Shown here: one piece after another, positions 8,225-20,100 of the stretch | Numbering within the stretch: the stretch's first letter is position 1 | Layout: each line of letters begins with the position of its first letter | DNA from: Escherichia phage vB_EcoM_SA21RB | Sequence record: OL960580 | Reading direction: 5' to 3' (one strand) | Length of the DNA: 64,000 nt | Notes under the pieces: model-generated | What the model saw: the letters and a program-made list of their open reading frames with translations, nothing else | Told to the model about the DNA's origin: nothing | Database searches by the model: none | Position numbers and translations under genes: made by a program

Positions 8225-8512
8225 TTACAAAAGATTTTTAGCAATAATCTTGAGATGTGCCGCAGAAATGTGTTTAGCTTTAAACAACGCAGTTTCTTCA
8301 GCAGGAGAGATAACGATTGTAGCACCATCCTTTTTAGCAGACCACCCATCGCCTAGGTAAACAGTACCTTTGATTTCTTCGCCATCAACCAGACTAATCA
8401 TTGGTTTACCTTCTCGTCCTTTATTTGCTTTAATAACTTCAGAAGTAAGAGTAGCTTCGGTAATAGTAGAAACCGGGGTAGTTGTAGAAGTAAATTCTTT
8501 GAAAGTTTTCAT
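8225..8512 (-). CDS. ipI: internal protein I precursor (95 aa; 19-aa capsid targeting leader plus 76-aa mature IPI*), injected anti-restriction protein
   Basis: ORF track; leader MKTFKEFTSTTTPVSTITE ends in a gp21 I-x-E cleavage motif; 95/76 aa lengths and position next to 57B match T4 ipI. Confidence 0.8.
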   Translation of the reverse strand: MKTFKEFTSTTTPVSTITEATLTSEVIKANKGREGKPMISLVDGEEIKGTVYLGDGWSAKKDGATIVISPAEETALFKAKHISAAHLKIIAKNLL

Positions 8513-8542
8513 TTTATTTTCCTAATTAATTTTGATGAGATA

Positions 8543-8572
8543 ATAGTATCACTACCTCATCAACGTGTAAAC
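8543..8572 (-). promoter_or_regulatory. T4 early-type promoter upstream of ipI (GTTTAC-N18-TACTAT)
   Basis: Minus-strand -35/-10 elements about 30 nt upstream of ipI ATG. Confidence 0.55.
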
Positions 8573-8584
8573 AACTTTGTGAAA

Positions 8585-9281
<697 letters not shown>

Positions 9282-9282
<1 letters not shown>

Positions 9283-9995
9283 TATAGTACCTTTAGTGTA
9301 TTTTTAATTTTAGAAAAAAGTTCTTCAAGAGAACCATCGTTTGTAATTACTAAATCGCCATCACGAATTGGCAATCCAGCTTCTGTAATATGAGTATCAT
9401 TGGATTTTTGACCAGGACGAACTACATGAATTACTGTAGCACCCATCGCCCTAGCCGCATCCATTTCATGATCTTGACGAGTATCAGGAACGATATAATA
9501 ATCATAACCTGAGTTAAATTTATCAAGATAATCTAAAGCAAATAATTTTACCCAATACATGCGGTCGAAGTTATTAACAATCAAATCCGTACCTAGGGCT
9601 TGCATCAGACGACGGACTGACCATTGATCTTCAATATTATTTATAACGTCAGCAATCTTGTTAAATGCTACGAAATTAACTGCGTCATCAAAAACAAACA
9701 CACCTTTAATTGGGCTTTTACTATTAAGATAACAAAATGCTTGTTCCATAATCGTAATTACTTCTAATTTAGTCAGATTTAAATTAGTCTCACGATCATA
9801 GTCAATTCCTTCAAACTCTTTACGAGTTAAGCAAGGATAGTCAGTGTTTGCTGCAAATACGCCCCATGCATAAGCCAATGCATCTTTAATAGGACCAGCA
9901 AGTTGATATTTAACTGCAGAATAATTATTCATGATAAAATCTGCAGTAGTATCTTTTCCACTACGCTTTACACCACTTAAAAAGATTAGTTTCAT
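9282..9995 (-). CDS. 1: deoxynucleoside monophosphate kinase gp1
   Basis: ORF track; P-loop GVKRSGKDT; T4 gene order 57A-1-3-2-4. Confidence 0.9.
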
Positions 9996-10044
9996 ATGTT
10001 TCTCCTCAAATTTAGTTAAGATTATAACACATGAAACTGAAGCA

Positions 10045-10575
10045 TTAAACTTCTGCTATAATTTTGCCATCTTTTTCTACTTGAAAATACGTATAAGGAA
10101 TCGTTGCTGTACATACTAAAGCTGGGTCTGAATCTTCCGTGTAGCTAAATTCTACTTCAGACAGGTCAGAAACCCAGGGCTTATAAAAATTTATTGACAT
10201 CACGATTTCAGTTTTACTATTATCTAAAATGTAAAGCGTAATGTATTCGGGACCAGTTTTTTGGGCAGTATTTTCGCCTGTAAGATAGTTGCTAGTTCCT
10301 AGCATCCATTCATACATTCCTATCCACGACTTAAGCTCTTCATCAACTATAAATCTCACGATGAGTGGGTCGTACTCAAATGTAACTCCTGGACGCTGTG
10401 CTCGGCCTAGTCCAAACGGCCCAGTCACGGTATCAGTAACAGGTATCCTAATTCCTGGAATAGGAACTGACTGAGCATTTAAAGTAAAAGCAGATGTAGT
10501 ATTACTATGCGGTATTGATACTACAAAGTTAGTTGTATTTGCTTGGTTAAAAATTTGTTGCAGAGCTTGCGACAT
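10045..10575 (-). CDS. 3: tail completion and sheath stabilizer protein gp3
   Basis: ORF track (10045..10656); start reassigned to the internal ATG giving MSQALQQIFNQANTTNF... (176 aa) as in T4 gp3. Confidence 0.85.
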   Translation of the reverse strand: MSQALQQIFNQANTTNFVVSIPHSNTTSAFTLNAQSVPIPGIRIPVTDTVTGPFGLGRAQRPGVTFEYDPLIVRFIVDEELKSWIGMYEWMLGTSNYLTGENTAQKTGPEYITLYILDNSKTEIVMSINFYKPWVSDLSEVEFSYTEDSDPALVCTATIPYTYFQVEKDGKIIAEV

Positions 10576-10681
10576 ATATTCCTCATAATGCTTTATAACT
10601 GTTGGTGGTATAATGGGTCTAAGTCCCTTCCATTCAATTCCAATTAGAACAAACAATAGAAAAGAATGGAAGATAATAGAA

Positions 10682-11506
10682 TTAGATATTTGACCAGACT
10701 TTGTTTGCAGAGAAACGTTTTCCTTTTGAAACGAACTGCTGAAGTGGCATTAACACAACGTTCGCCCAGTCTTTCGGGGCGATTTCAACAAGGCTACCCA
10801 TAATATTACCGGGTATATATGCCTTAATCATTTGGTCTGCACCCCTAAATCCTTTCACTTGACTCCAATCAATTTTTAATTTCGTTTTATTAGTAATAGT
10901 AGGTGTATTCGAATATTGCTTTAAAAGCTCTTCTAGAAATTGCTGACGAGCTTTAGGTGGAATATAGTGCAAGTTTAATCCGTACATTAAATTATGCTTA
11001 CCTAAACCAAGGTAAATTATCAAAGGAAATTTATCCCAGTAAGGAAGAGTTTCCTTGTGTTTAGCATCATAAGCAAAAGCATATATTCGTCCCGGCTGCG
11101 GGCGAACAACTTTATGTCCTTTTACTTGCTTAATAGTTTCAGCAAACCACTTTCTGGTTTTATTATTAATTGCTGCACCTTCATTACGAATTTTATCACG
11201 CAATGTTTGCCTGAATGAATTTATCATAAGCAGTTGTCTTTCTTGCTTATTAAGTTTATTCATTGGTTTTGATTCAAGCTTTTGAATCTTTTCAGCTGTT
11301 TTAATTCCTGAAGCATATTTTGACATTGCTGAAGTAAACGTAGAGTATTTGATTCCTCTTTCTTCAGCAAATTGCTTTCCTGTCATTCCTTTTGCTTTGG
11401 CCTTTCTGTATTCAAGACCTATCTGAATCCATTTCTTTTCGTTTAATGATTGCTTAACCTTTGGAACTTGGGGAGTGCTTTCATTAATTATTTGAAAAAT
11501 AGCCAT
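10682..11506 (-). CDS. 2: DNA end protector protein gp2
   Basis: ORF track, 274 aa; position and length as T4 gp2. Confidence 0.85.
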   Translation of the reverse strand: MAIFQIINESTPQVPKVKQSLNEKKWIQIGLEYRKAKAKGMTGKQFAEERGIKYSTFTSAMSKYASGIKTAEKIQKLESKPMNKLNKQERQLLMINSFRQTLRDKIRNEGAAINNKTRKWFAETIKQVKGHKVVRPQPGRIYAFAYDAKHKETLPYWDKFPLIIYLGLGKHNLMYGLNLHYIPPKARQQFLEELLKQYSNTPTITNKTKLKIDWSQVKGFRGADQMIKAYIPGNIMGSLVEIAPKDWANVVLMPLQQFVSKGKRFSANKVWSNI

Positions 11507-11958
11507 TATGCCCCCTTAAAGCCAAGAGCTCGTAATCCATCTTCTGTTAGAATTCTAAATTTTATTCCACGCTTTTCAGCTAAAGCTTGCGCTGCTTTCC
11601 ATTTGTCAGTATTAACGGAATATGTATAAATTTCATTCATAAATCTTTTCTTCGCTGCAGTTGTTAGATGTGCTGGTTTAACTGGTGGTTGTGTTTCTTT
11701 TTTAGGTTTTATTTCAATAAAAAATTCTTGTCCAGAAGAATCTTTCATCCAAATATCCATGAAGTATCTACGTTTTTTCCCTTCTGCATTACAAAAATAA
11801 GGAATTACTGCTGTTTCACTACCCCATGCAATAATTTCTGGATTTTTATCTAACCATTCAAAAAAGAATTTTTCCCAATTTGATCTATACGTAATTTTTT
11901 TAGGGTCACCTCTATATTTTGATATATTTTTAGGAACCCATTTTCCAGAATATGCCAT
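11506..11958 (-). CDS. 4: head completion protein gp4
   Basis: ORF track, 150 aa; position between 2 and 53. Confidence 0.85.
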   Translation of the reverse strand: MAYSGKWVPKNISKYRGDPKKITYRSNWEKFFFEWLDKNPEIIAWGSETAVIPYFCNAEGKKRRYFMDIWMKDSSGQEFFIEIKPKKETQPPVKPAHLTTAAKKRFMNEIYTYSVNTDKWKAAQALAEKRGIKFRILTEDGLRALGFKGA

Positions 11959-11969
11959 TGGATTCTCCT

Positions 11970-11977
11970 TATAAATA
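11970..11977 (+). promoter_or_regulatory. T4 late promoter TATAAATA for gene 53
   Basis: Exact motif about 30 nt upstream of ATG at 12006. Confidence 0.6.
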
Positions 11978-11984
11978 GATAATA

Positions 11985-11992
11985 TATTTATA
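11985..11992 (-). promoter_or_regulatory. T4 late promoter TATAAATA (minus strand) for gene 4; divergent pair with the gene 53 promoter
   Basis: Exact reverse-complement motif upstream of ATG at 11958. Confidence 0.5.
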
Positions 11993-12005
11993 AACAGGAG
12001 GGCCC

Positions 12006-12596
12006 ATGCTCTTTACATTTTTTGATCCGATTGAATATGCGGCCAAAACGGTGAATAAAAACGCGCCGACTATTCCTATGACAGATATTTTTAGAAACTA
12101 TAAAGACTATTTCAAACGTGCTCTTGCGGGATATCGCTTACGTACTTATTACATTAAAGGTTCACCACGCCCGGAAGAATTAGCAAATGCTATATATGGA
12201 AATCCGCAGTTGTATTGGGTTTTATTGATGTGTAATGATAATTATGATCCGTATTATGGATGGATTACTTCGCAAGAAGCTGCTTATCAAGCATCTATAC
12301 AAAAATACAAAAACGTAGGTGGAGACCAAATAGTATATCATGTGAATGAAAACGGTGAAAAATTTTATAATTTAATATCATACGATGATAATCCATATGT
12401 TTGGTATGACAAAGGCGATAAAGCTAGAAAATATCCTCAATATGAAGGAGCACTTGCTGCGGTCGATACGTATGAAGCTGCTGTTCTTGAAAATGAAAAA
12501 CTTCGTCAAATAAAAATAATAGCAAAATCAGACATCAATTCATTTATGAACGACCTTATACGTATAATGGAGAAATCTTATGGAAATGATAAGTAA
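12006..12596 (+). CDS. 53: baseplate wedge protein gp53
   Basis: ORF track, 196 aa; immediately precedes gene 5. Confidence 0.85.
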   Translation: MLFTFFDPIEYAAKTVNKNAPTIPMTDIFRNYKDYFKRALAGYRLRTYYIKGSPRPEELANAIYGNPQLYWVLLMCNDNYDPYYGWITSQEAAYQASIQKYKNVGGDQIVYHVNENGEKFYNLISYDDNPYVWYDKGDKARKYPQYEGALAAVDTYEAAVLENEKLRQIKIIAKSDINSFMNDLIRIMEKSYGNDK

Positions 12597-14307
12597 TAAC
12601 CTTAATTGGTTTGTTGGTGTTGTTGAAGATAGAATGGACCCATTAAAATTAGGTCGTGTTCGTGTTCGTGTAGTTGGTCTGCATCCACCTCAAAGAGCAC
12701 AAGGCGACGTAATGGGTATTCCAACTGATAAATTACCATGGATGTCAGTTATTCAACCTATAACTTCTGCAGCAATGTCTGGAATTGGAGGCTCCGTTAC
12801 TGGTCCGGTAGAAGGAACTAGAGTTTATGGTCATTTTTTAGACAAATGGAAAACTAACGGAATTGTCCTTGGCACTTATGGTGGAATAGTTCGCGAAAAA
12901 CCGAATAGACTTGAAGGATTTTCTGACCCGACTGGACAGTATCCTAGACGTCTAGGAAATGATACTAACGTATTAAACCAAGGCGGAGAAGTAGGATATG
13001 ATTCGTCTTCTAATATTATCCAAGATAGCAATCTAGATACTGCGATAAATCCTGATGATAGACCGCTATCAGAGATTCCAACTGATGATAATCCAAATAT
13101 GTCAATGGCTGAAATGCTTCGCCGTGATGAAGGATTAAGACTAAAAGTTTATTGGGATACTGAAGGATATCCGACAATTGGCATTGGTCATCTTATCATG
13201 AAGCAGCCAGTTCGTGATATGACTCAAATTAATAAAGTTTTATCAAAACAAGTTGGTCGTGAAATTACCGGAAATCCAGGTTCTATTACAATGGAAGAAG
13301 CGGTAACTTTATTTGAACGTGATTTAGCTGATATGCAACGTGACATTAAATCACATTCTAAAGTTGGCCCAGTTTGGCAAGCAGTTAATCGTTCTCGTCA
13401 AATGGCATTAGAAAATATGGCATTTCAGATGGGTGTTGGCGGTGTAGCTAAATTTAACACAATGTTAACTGCTATGTTAGCCGGAGATTGGGAAAAAGCA
13501 TATAAAGCTGGTCGTGATTCACTGTGGTATCAACAAACAAAAGGCCGTGCATCCCGTGTTACCATGATTATTCTTACGGGAAATTTGGAATCATACGGTG
13601 TTGAAGTGAAAACCCCAGCTAGGTCTCTATCAGCAATGGCTGCTACTGTAGCAAAGTCTTCTGATCCAGCTGACCCTCCTATTCCGAATGATTCGAGAAT
13701 TTTATTTAAAGAACCTGTTTCTTCATATAAAGGTGAATATCCGTATGTTCACACAATGGAAACTGAAAGCGGTCATATTCAGGAATTTGATGATACCCCG
13801 GGACAAGAACGATACAGATTAGTTCATCCGACTGGAACATATGAGGAAGTATCACCGTCAGGAAGAAGAACAAGAAAAACTGTTGATAATTTGTATGATA
13901 TAACAAATGCTGATGGTAATTTTTTGGTAGCTGGCGATAAAAAGACTAACGTCGGTGGATCAGAAATTTATTACAACATGGATAATCGTCTTCACCAAAT
14001 AGATGGAAGCAATACAATATTTGTACGTGGCGATGAAACTAAGACGGTTGAAGGTAATGGAACTATCCTAGTCAAAGGTAATGTTACTATTGTAGTTGAA
14101 GGTAATGCTGACATTACAGTTAAAGGAGATGCTACCACTTTAGTTGAAGGAAATCAGACTAATACAGTAAATGGAAATCTTTCTTGGAAAGTTGCTGGGA
14201 CAGTTGATTGGGACGTTGGTGGTGATTGGACAGAAAAAATGGCATCTATGAGTTCTATTTCATCTGGTCAATACACAATTGATGGATCGAGGATTGACAT
14301 TGGCTAA
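12580..14307 (+). CDS. 5: baseplate central spike with lysozyme domain, gp5
   Basis: 575 aa; MEMISNNLNWFVGVVED... N-terminus, T4-lysozyme-like domain (EGLRLKVYWDTEGYPTIGIGH) and C-terminal VxGxxxxx beta-helix repeats. Confidence 0.95.
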   Translation: MEMISNNLNWFVGVVEDRMDPLKLGRVRVRVVGLHPPQRAQGDVMGIPTDKLPWMSVIQPITSAAMSGIGGSVTGPVEGTRVYGHFLDKWKTNGIVLGTYGGIVREKPNRLEGFSDPTGQYPRRLGNDTNVLNQGGEVGYDSSSNIIQDSNLDTAINPDDRPLSEIPTDDNPNMSMAEMLRRDEGLRLKVYWDTEGYPTIGIGHLIMKQPVRDMTQINKVLSKQVGREITGNPGSITMEEAVTLFERDLADMQRDIKSHSKVGPVWQAVNRSRQMALENMAFQMGVGGVAKFNTMLTAMLAGDWEKAYKAGRDSLWYQQTKGRASRVTMIILTGNLESYGVEVKTPARSLSAMAATVAKSSDPADPPIPNDSRILFKEPVSSYKGEYPYVHTMETESGHIQEFDDTPGQERYRLVHPTGTYEEVSPSGRRTRKTVDNLYDITNADGNFLVAGDKKTNVGGSEIYYNMDNRLHQIDGSNTIFVRGDETKTVEGNGTILVKGNVTIVVEGNADITVKGDATTLVEGNQTNTVNGNLSWKVAGTVDWDVGGDWTEKMASMSSISSGQYTIDGSRIDIG

Positions 14308-14836
14308 TATACTTCCAATGAGCGCTGATTTAGGAGAATCCATGGAAGGTTCTTCTATCGACGTCACCTTTACAGCTCAATTAGAAACAGGTGAAACGTT
14401 AGTATCTATAAATATAACTAGTTACGAAGAAACTCCTGGGGTTTTAGTAGAAGAAAATCGTTTATATGGAACGTATGAATCTGTATTTGGATTTGGAAAT
14501 GATGCGCTGAAATATCGTTTAGATAATGAATTTAAAACTGCTGCTTCATGGGAAGACCTTCCAACTGATTCTAATACTCAGTTATATTTATGGAAAGCTC
14601 CTCAAAACCTCCAGAAGACATTCACTTACGAAGTAACATTAATATATGACTACCAAGAACAAGGTGAATCTGGAGGTTCTGGCAGTAATTCTAGGTCATC
14701 TTCTGATACTACTGAACCGACGAATCCCCCAGCTCCAATAAGAAAAACTCTTGTTAAAAATTATACAAAAACTATAGTTGGAAATTGGAGTCGTTGGGCT
14801 AATAAATTGAGAAGCTACGTGTATGAGAGGCCATAA
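14279..14836 (+). CDS. hypothetical protein in the position of T4 5.1
   Basis: ORF track; overlaps gp5 3-prime end. Confidence 0.6.
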
Positions 14837-15130
14837 ATGTCAGGATTAAGTTATGATAAGTGTGTTACTGCCGGCCATGAAGCATGGCCTCCAACAGTTG
14901 TGAATGCTACACAAAGTAAAGTATTCACTGGAGGAATTGCTGTTCTCGTAGCAGGTGATCCAATTACAGAACATACAGAAATTAAAAAGCCATATGAAAC
15001 ACATGGCGGAGTGACACAACCTAGAACTTCTAAGGTATATGTCACTGGAAAGAAAGCTGTTCAAATGGCTGATCCAATATCATGCGGTGATACTGTGGCT
15101 CAGGCATCATCTAAAGTATTCATTAAATAG
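14837..15130 (+). CDS. 5.4: PAAR-repeat spike tip protein gp5.4
   Basis: 97-aa ORF between 5 and 6, size and position of T4 gp5.4. Confidence 0.8.
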
Positions 15131-15138
15131 GATTTAAA

Positions 15139-17121
15139 ATGGCAAATACCCCTGTAAATTATCAATTAACAAGAACAGCAAATGCTATTCCCGAGATATT
15201 CGTCGGGGGTACATTTGCTGAAATAAAACAAAACCTCATTGAATGGCTTAATGGTCAAAATGAATTTTTGGATTATGATTTTGAAGGCTCAAGATTAAAC
15301 GTTCTGTGCGACCTTTTGGCTTATAATACATTGTACATTCAGCAGTTTGGTAATGCTGCCTTGTATGAAAGCTTTATGCGTACTGCTAATTTGCGTAGTT
15401 CAGTAGTTCAAGCTGCACAAGATAATGGATATTTACCTACTTCAAAATCAGCTGCTCAAACTGAAATTATGCTAACTTGTACAGATGCATTGAATAGAAA
15501 TTACATTACTATTCCTCGCGGTACTCGCTTTTTAGCATATGCAAAAGATACTTCCGTTAATCCTTACAACTTTGTATCTACCGAAGATGTTATTGCTATT
15601 CGCGATAAAAATAACCAATATTTTCCGCGTTTAAAATTAGCCCAGGGGCGTATAGTAAGAACTGAAATCATTTACGATAAATTAACACCTATTATCATTT
15701 ATGACAAAAATATAGATAGAAACCAAGTTAAATTATACGTTGATGGAGCAGAATGGATTAACTGGACAAGAAAGTCAATGGTTCATGCTGGTTCTACATC
15801 AACAATTTACTACATGCGTGAAACTATTGATGGAAATACTGAGTTTTATTTTGGTGAAGGTGAGATTTCTGTTAATGCGGCAGAAGGAGCATTGACTGCT
15901 AATTATATTGGAGGTCTTAAACCTACCCAGAACTCTACGATTGTTATTGAGTACATCAGTACTAACGGTGCAGATGCGAATGGCGCAGTCGGATTTTCAT
16001 ATGCAGATACATTAACAAATATAACTGTCATCAATATTAATGAAAATCCAAACGATGACCCAGATTTTGTTGGGGCAGATGGCGGCGGTGATCCAGAAGA
16101 TATTGAGCGTATTCGCGAATTGGGTACTATTAAACGCGAAACCCAGCAGCGATGCGTAACTGCAACTGACTATGATACATTCGTTTCAGAGAGATTTGGT
16201 TCTATTATTCAAGCAGTTCAGACGTTCACTGATTCTACTAAACCTGGTTATGCATTTATTGCTGCTAAACCTAAATCAGGTCTGTATTTAACTACCGTAC
16301 AGCGCGAAGATATTAAAAATTATCTCAAAGACTATAATTTAGCTCCTATTACACCATCAATTATTTCTCCTAATTATCTTTTTATTAAGACTAATTTAAA
16401 AGTCACATATGCTTTAAATAAGCTGCAAGAATCCGAACAGTGGCTCGAAGGTCAAATAATTGATAAAATTGATCGTTATTATACAGAAGATGTAGAAATT
16501 TTTAACTCATCTTTCGCTAAATCTAAGATGTTGACATATGTAGATGATGCAGATCATTCTATCATTGGTTCATCAGCGACAATTCAAATTGTTCGTGAAG
16601 TACAAAACTTCTATAAAACGCCTGAAGCGGGTATTAAATACAATAATCAAATAAAAGATCGTTCTATGGAATCTAATACGTTTTCATTTAATTCTGGACG
16701 AAAGGTTGTAAATCCTGATACTGGTTTAGAAGAAGATGTATTATATGACGTCCGCATAGTATCAACAGACCGAGATTCTAAAGGAATTGGTAAAGTTATT
16801 ATTGGTCCATTTGCTTCTGGCGATGTTACAGAAAATGAAAACATTCAGCCATATACAGGCAACGATTTTAACAAATTAGCAAATTCTGATGGACGCGACA
16901 AATACTATGTTATCGGTGAAATAAATTATCCAGCTGATGTGATTTATTGGAATATCGCTAAAATTAATTTAACATCTGAAAAATTTGAAGTTCAGACTAT
17001 CGAATTATATTCTGACCCAACCGATGATGTTATCTTTACTCGCGATGGTTCACTGATTGTATTTGAAAATGACTTACGTCCACAATACTTAACTATCGAT
17101 TTGGAGCCTATATCACAATGA
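15139..17121 (+). CDS. 6: baseplate wedge protein gp6
   Basis: ORF track, 660 aa; T4 gene order. Confidence 0.9.
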   Translation: MANTPVNYQLTRTANAIPEIFVGGTFAEIKQNLIEWLNGQNEFLDYDFEGSRLNVLCDLLAYNTLYIQQFGNAALYESFMRTANLRSSVVQAAQDNGYLPTSKSAAQTEIMLTCTDALNRNYITIPRGTRFLAYAKDTSVNPYNFVSTEDVIAIRDKNNQYFPRLKLAQGRIVRTEIIYDKLTPIIIYDKNIDRNQVKLYVDGAEWINWTRKSMVHAGSTSTIYYMRETIDGNTEFYFGEGEISVNAAEGALTANYIGGLKPTQNSTIVIEYISTNGADANGAVGFSYADTLTNITVININENPNDDPDFVGADGGGDPEDIERIRELGTIKRETQQRCVTATDYDTFVSERFGSIIQAVQTFTDSTKPGYAFIAAKPKSGLYLTTVQREDIKNYLKDYNLAPITPSIISPNYLFIKTNLKVTYALNKLQESEQWLEGQIIDKIDRYYTEDVEIFNSSFAKSKMLTYVDDADHSIIGSSATIQIVREVQNFYKTPEAGIKYNNQIKDRSMESNTFSFNSGRKVVNPDTGLEEDVLYDVRIVSTDRDSKGIGKVIIGPFASGDVTENENIQPYTGNDFNKLANSDGRDKYYVIGEINYPADVIYWNIAKINLTSEKFEVQTIELYSDPTDDVIFTRDGSLIVFENDLRPQYLTIDLEPISQ

Positions 17122-20100
17122 CAGTAAAAGCACCTTCAGTCACTAGTCTCAGAATTTCCAAGTTATCCGCAAATCAGGTGCAAGTACGCTGGGATGACGT
17201 TGGTGCTAATTTCTACTATTTTGTAGAAATCGCTGAGACAAAAACAAACTCGGGGGAAAATCTCCCGAGTAATCAATACAGATGGATTAACTTAGGATAT
17301 ACTGCAAATAACAGCTTCTTTTTTGATGATGCTGACCCGTTGACATCATACGTTATTAGAGTAGCTACAGCTGCACAAGATTTTGAACAGTCTGATTGGA
17401 TTTATACCGAAGAGTTTGAAACTTTTGCTACAAATGCTTATACATTTCAAAACATGATTGAAATGCAATTAGCCAATAAATTCATTCAGGAAAAATTTAC
17501 TCTTAATAATTCTGATTATGTCAATTTTAATAATGACACTATAATGGCTGCATTGATGAATGAATCATTTCAATTCAGCCCATCATATGTTGATGTTTCA
17601 TCAATAAGTAATTTTATTATTGGTGAAAATGAGTATCATGAAATACAAGGTTCTATTCAGCAAGTATGTAAGGATATTAACCGAGTTTATTTGATGGAAT
17701 CAGAAGGGATTTTATACCTTTTTGAGCGCTATCAGCCTGTAGTTAAAGTATCCAATGATAAAGGACAAACTTGGAAAGCTGTAAAGCTCTTCAATGACCG
17801 TGTAGGATATCCTTTATCTAAGACAGTATATTACCAATCTGCGAACACAACATACGTTCTAGGATATGATAAGATTTTCTATGGCCGCAAATCGACTGAT
17901 GTTAGATGGTCAGCTGATGATGTCAGATTTAGTTCTCAGGATATAACATTTGCTAAACTTGGCGACCAATTACATTTAGGATTTGATGTAGAAATTTTTG
18001 CCACCTACGCAACTTTGCCAGCGAATGTATATCGCATTGCAGAAGCTATTACTTGCACCGATGATTACATTTACGTTGTCGCCAGAGACAAAGTTAGATA
18101 CATAAAAACTAGTAATGCACCTATAGATTCTGATCCATTATCTCCAACATATTCGGAAAGGCTTTTTGAACCTGATACAATGACTATAACCGGAAATCCT
18201 AAAGCAGTATGCTATAAAATGGATTCTATCGGTGATAAAGTTTTTGCTCTTATTATTGGTGAAGTTGAAACATTAAATGCTAATCCTAGAACATCAAAAA
18301 TAATTGATTCTGCTGATAAAGGAATATATGTTTTAAATCATGACACAAAAACATGGAAAAGAGTTTTTGGCAACACCGAAGAAGAAAGAAGACGTATTCA
18401 ACCAGGGTATGCGAATATGTCAACTGATGGTAAATTAGTTTCTCTATCATCGAGTAATTTTAAATTTTTAAGTGATAATGTTGTTAATGACCCTGAAACT
18501 GTAGCAAAATATCAGTTAATCGGTGCTGTTAAATATGAATTTCCTCGTGAATGGTTAGCTGATAAGCATTATCATATGATGGCATTTATAGCAGATGAAA
18601 AGTCTGATTGGGAAACTTTTACTCCTCAGCCGATGAAATACTATGCAGAACCATTCTTTAACTGGTCTAAAAAATCTAACACGCGTTGTTGGATAAACAA
18701 CTCTGATAGGGTTGTAGTAGTTTATGCTGATTTAAAATACACTAAAGTTATAGAAAATATTCCGGAAACATCACCAGATAGATTAGTTCATGAATATTGG
18801 GATGATGGCGATTGTACTATAGTAATGCCAAATGTTAAATTCACTGGATTTAAAAAATATGCATCTGGGATGCTTTTCTATAAAGCCTCTGGTGAAATAA
18901 TTTCTTACTATGATTTTAACTATCGTGTTAGAGACACTGTCGAAATTATTTGGAAGCCAACTGGAGTATTTTTAAAAGCATTTTTACAAAACCAAGAGCA
19001 TGAAACCCCTTGGTCGCCTGAAGAAGAGCGTGGATTAGCTGACCCTGATTTAAGACCATTGATTGGCACAATGATGCCTGATTCTTATTTGTTACAGGAT
19101 TCGAATTTTGAGGCATTTTGCGAAGCATATATTCAGTATCTTTCTGATGGATATGGAACCCAGTATAATAATTTACGAAATTTAATTCGTAACAAATATC
19201 CACGAGAAGAGCATGCATGGGAATATTTGTGGTCAGAGATATATAAAAGAAACATTTATTTAAATGCTGACAAACGCGATGCTGTTGCAAGATTTTTCGA
19301 ATCACGTAGCTATGATTTTTATTCTACTAAAGGAATTGAAGCATCATACAAATTTCTTTTTAAAGTTCTTTATAATGAAGAGGTTGAAATTGAAATTGAA
19401 TCTGGGGCTGGTACTGAATATGATATAATCGTTCAATCTGATTCTTTGACTGAAGACTTAGTAGGACAAACGATTTATACAGCCACAGGAAGATGTAATG
19501 TTACTTATATAGAAAGAAGCTATTCTAATGGTAAATTGCAATGGACCGTAACTATTCATAATCTTTTGGGAAGATTGATTGCCGGTCAAGAAGTTAAAGC
19601 AGAAAGACTTCCTAGTTTTGAAGGCGAAATTATTCGTGGCGTTAAAGGAAAGGATTTGCTTCAAAACAATATAGACTATATTAATAGAAGTAGATCATAC
19701 TATGTAATGAAAATTAAATCCAATTTACCTTCTTCCCGCTGGAAATCTGACGTTATTCGTTTTGTTCATCCAGTAGGATTTGGATTTATAGCAATTACCC
19801 TTTTAACAATGTTTATTAATGTTGGTTTAACTCTTAAACATACAGAGACTATAATTAATAAATACAAAAACTATAAATGGGATTCTGGATTGCCTACTGA
19901 ATACGCTGATAGAGTAGCTAAATTAACTCCAACCGGTGAAATTGAGCATGATTCAGTAACAGGCGAAGCAATTTATGAGCCTGGCCCAATGGCTGGCGTA
20001 AAATATCCTCTTCCTGATGACTATAATGCTGAAAATAATAATTCAATATTTCAAGGTCAATTGCCGTCTGAACGACGTAAATTAATGAGTCCTTTATTTG

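Noticed and set aside
10576-10656. N-terminal extension of the gp3 ORF (MFVLIGIEWKGL...)
   Set aside because: The upstream in-frame ATG gives 27 extra residues that do not match the T4 gp3 N-terminus; the internal ATG (MSQALQQ) is the likelier start. The same was done for gp11, gp20, uvsW.1 and alt.
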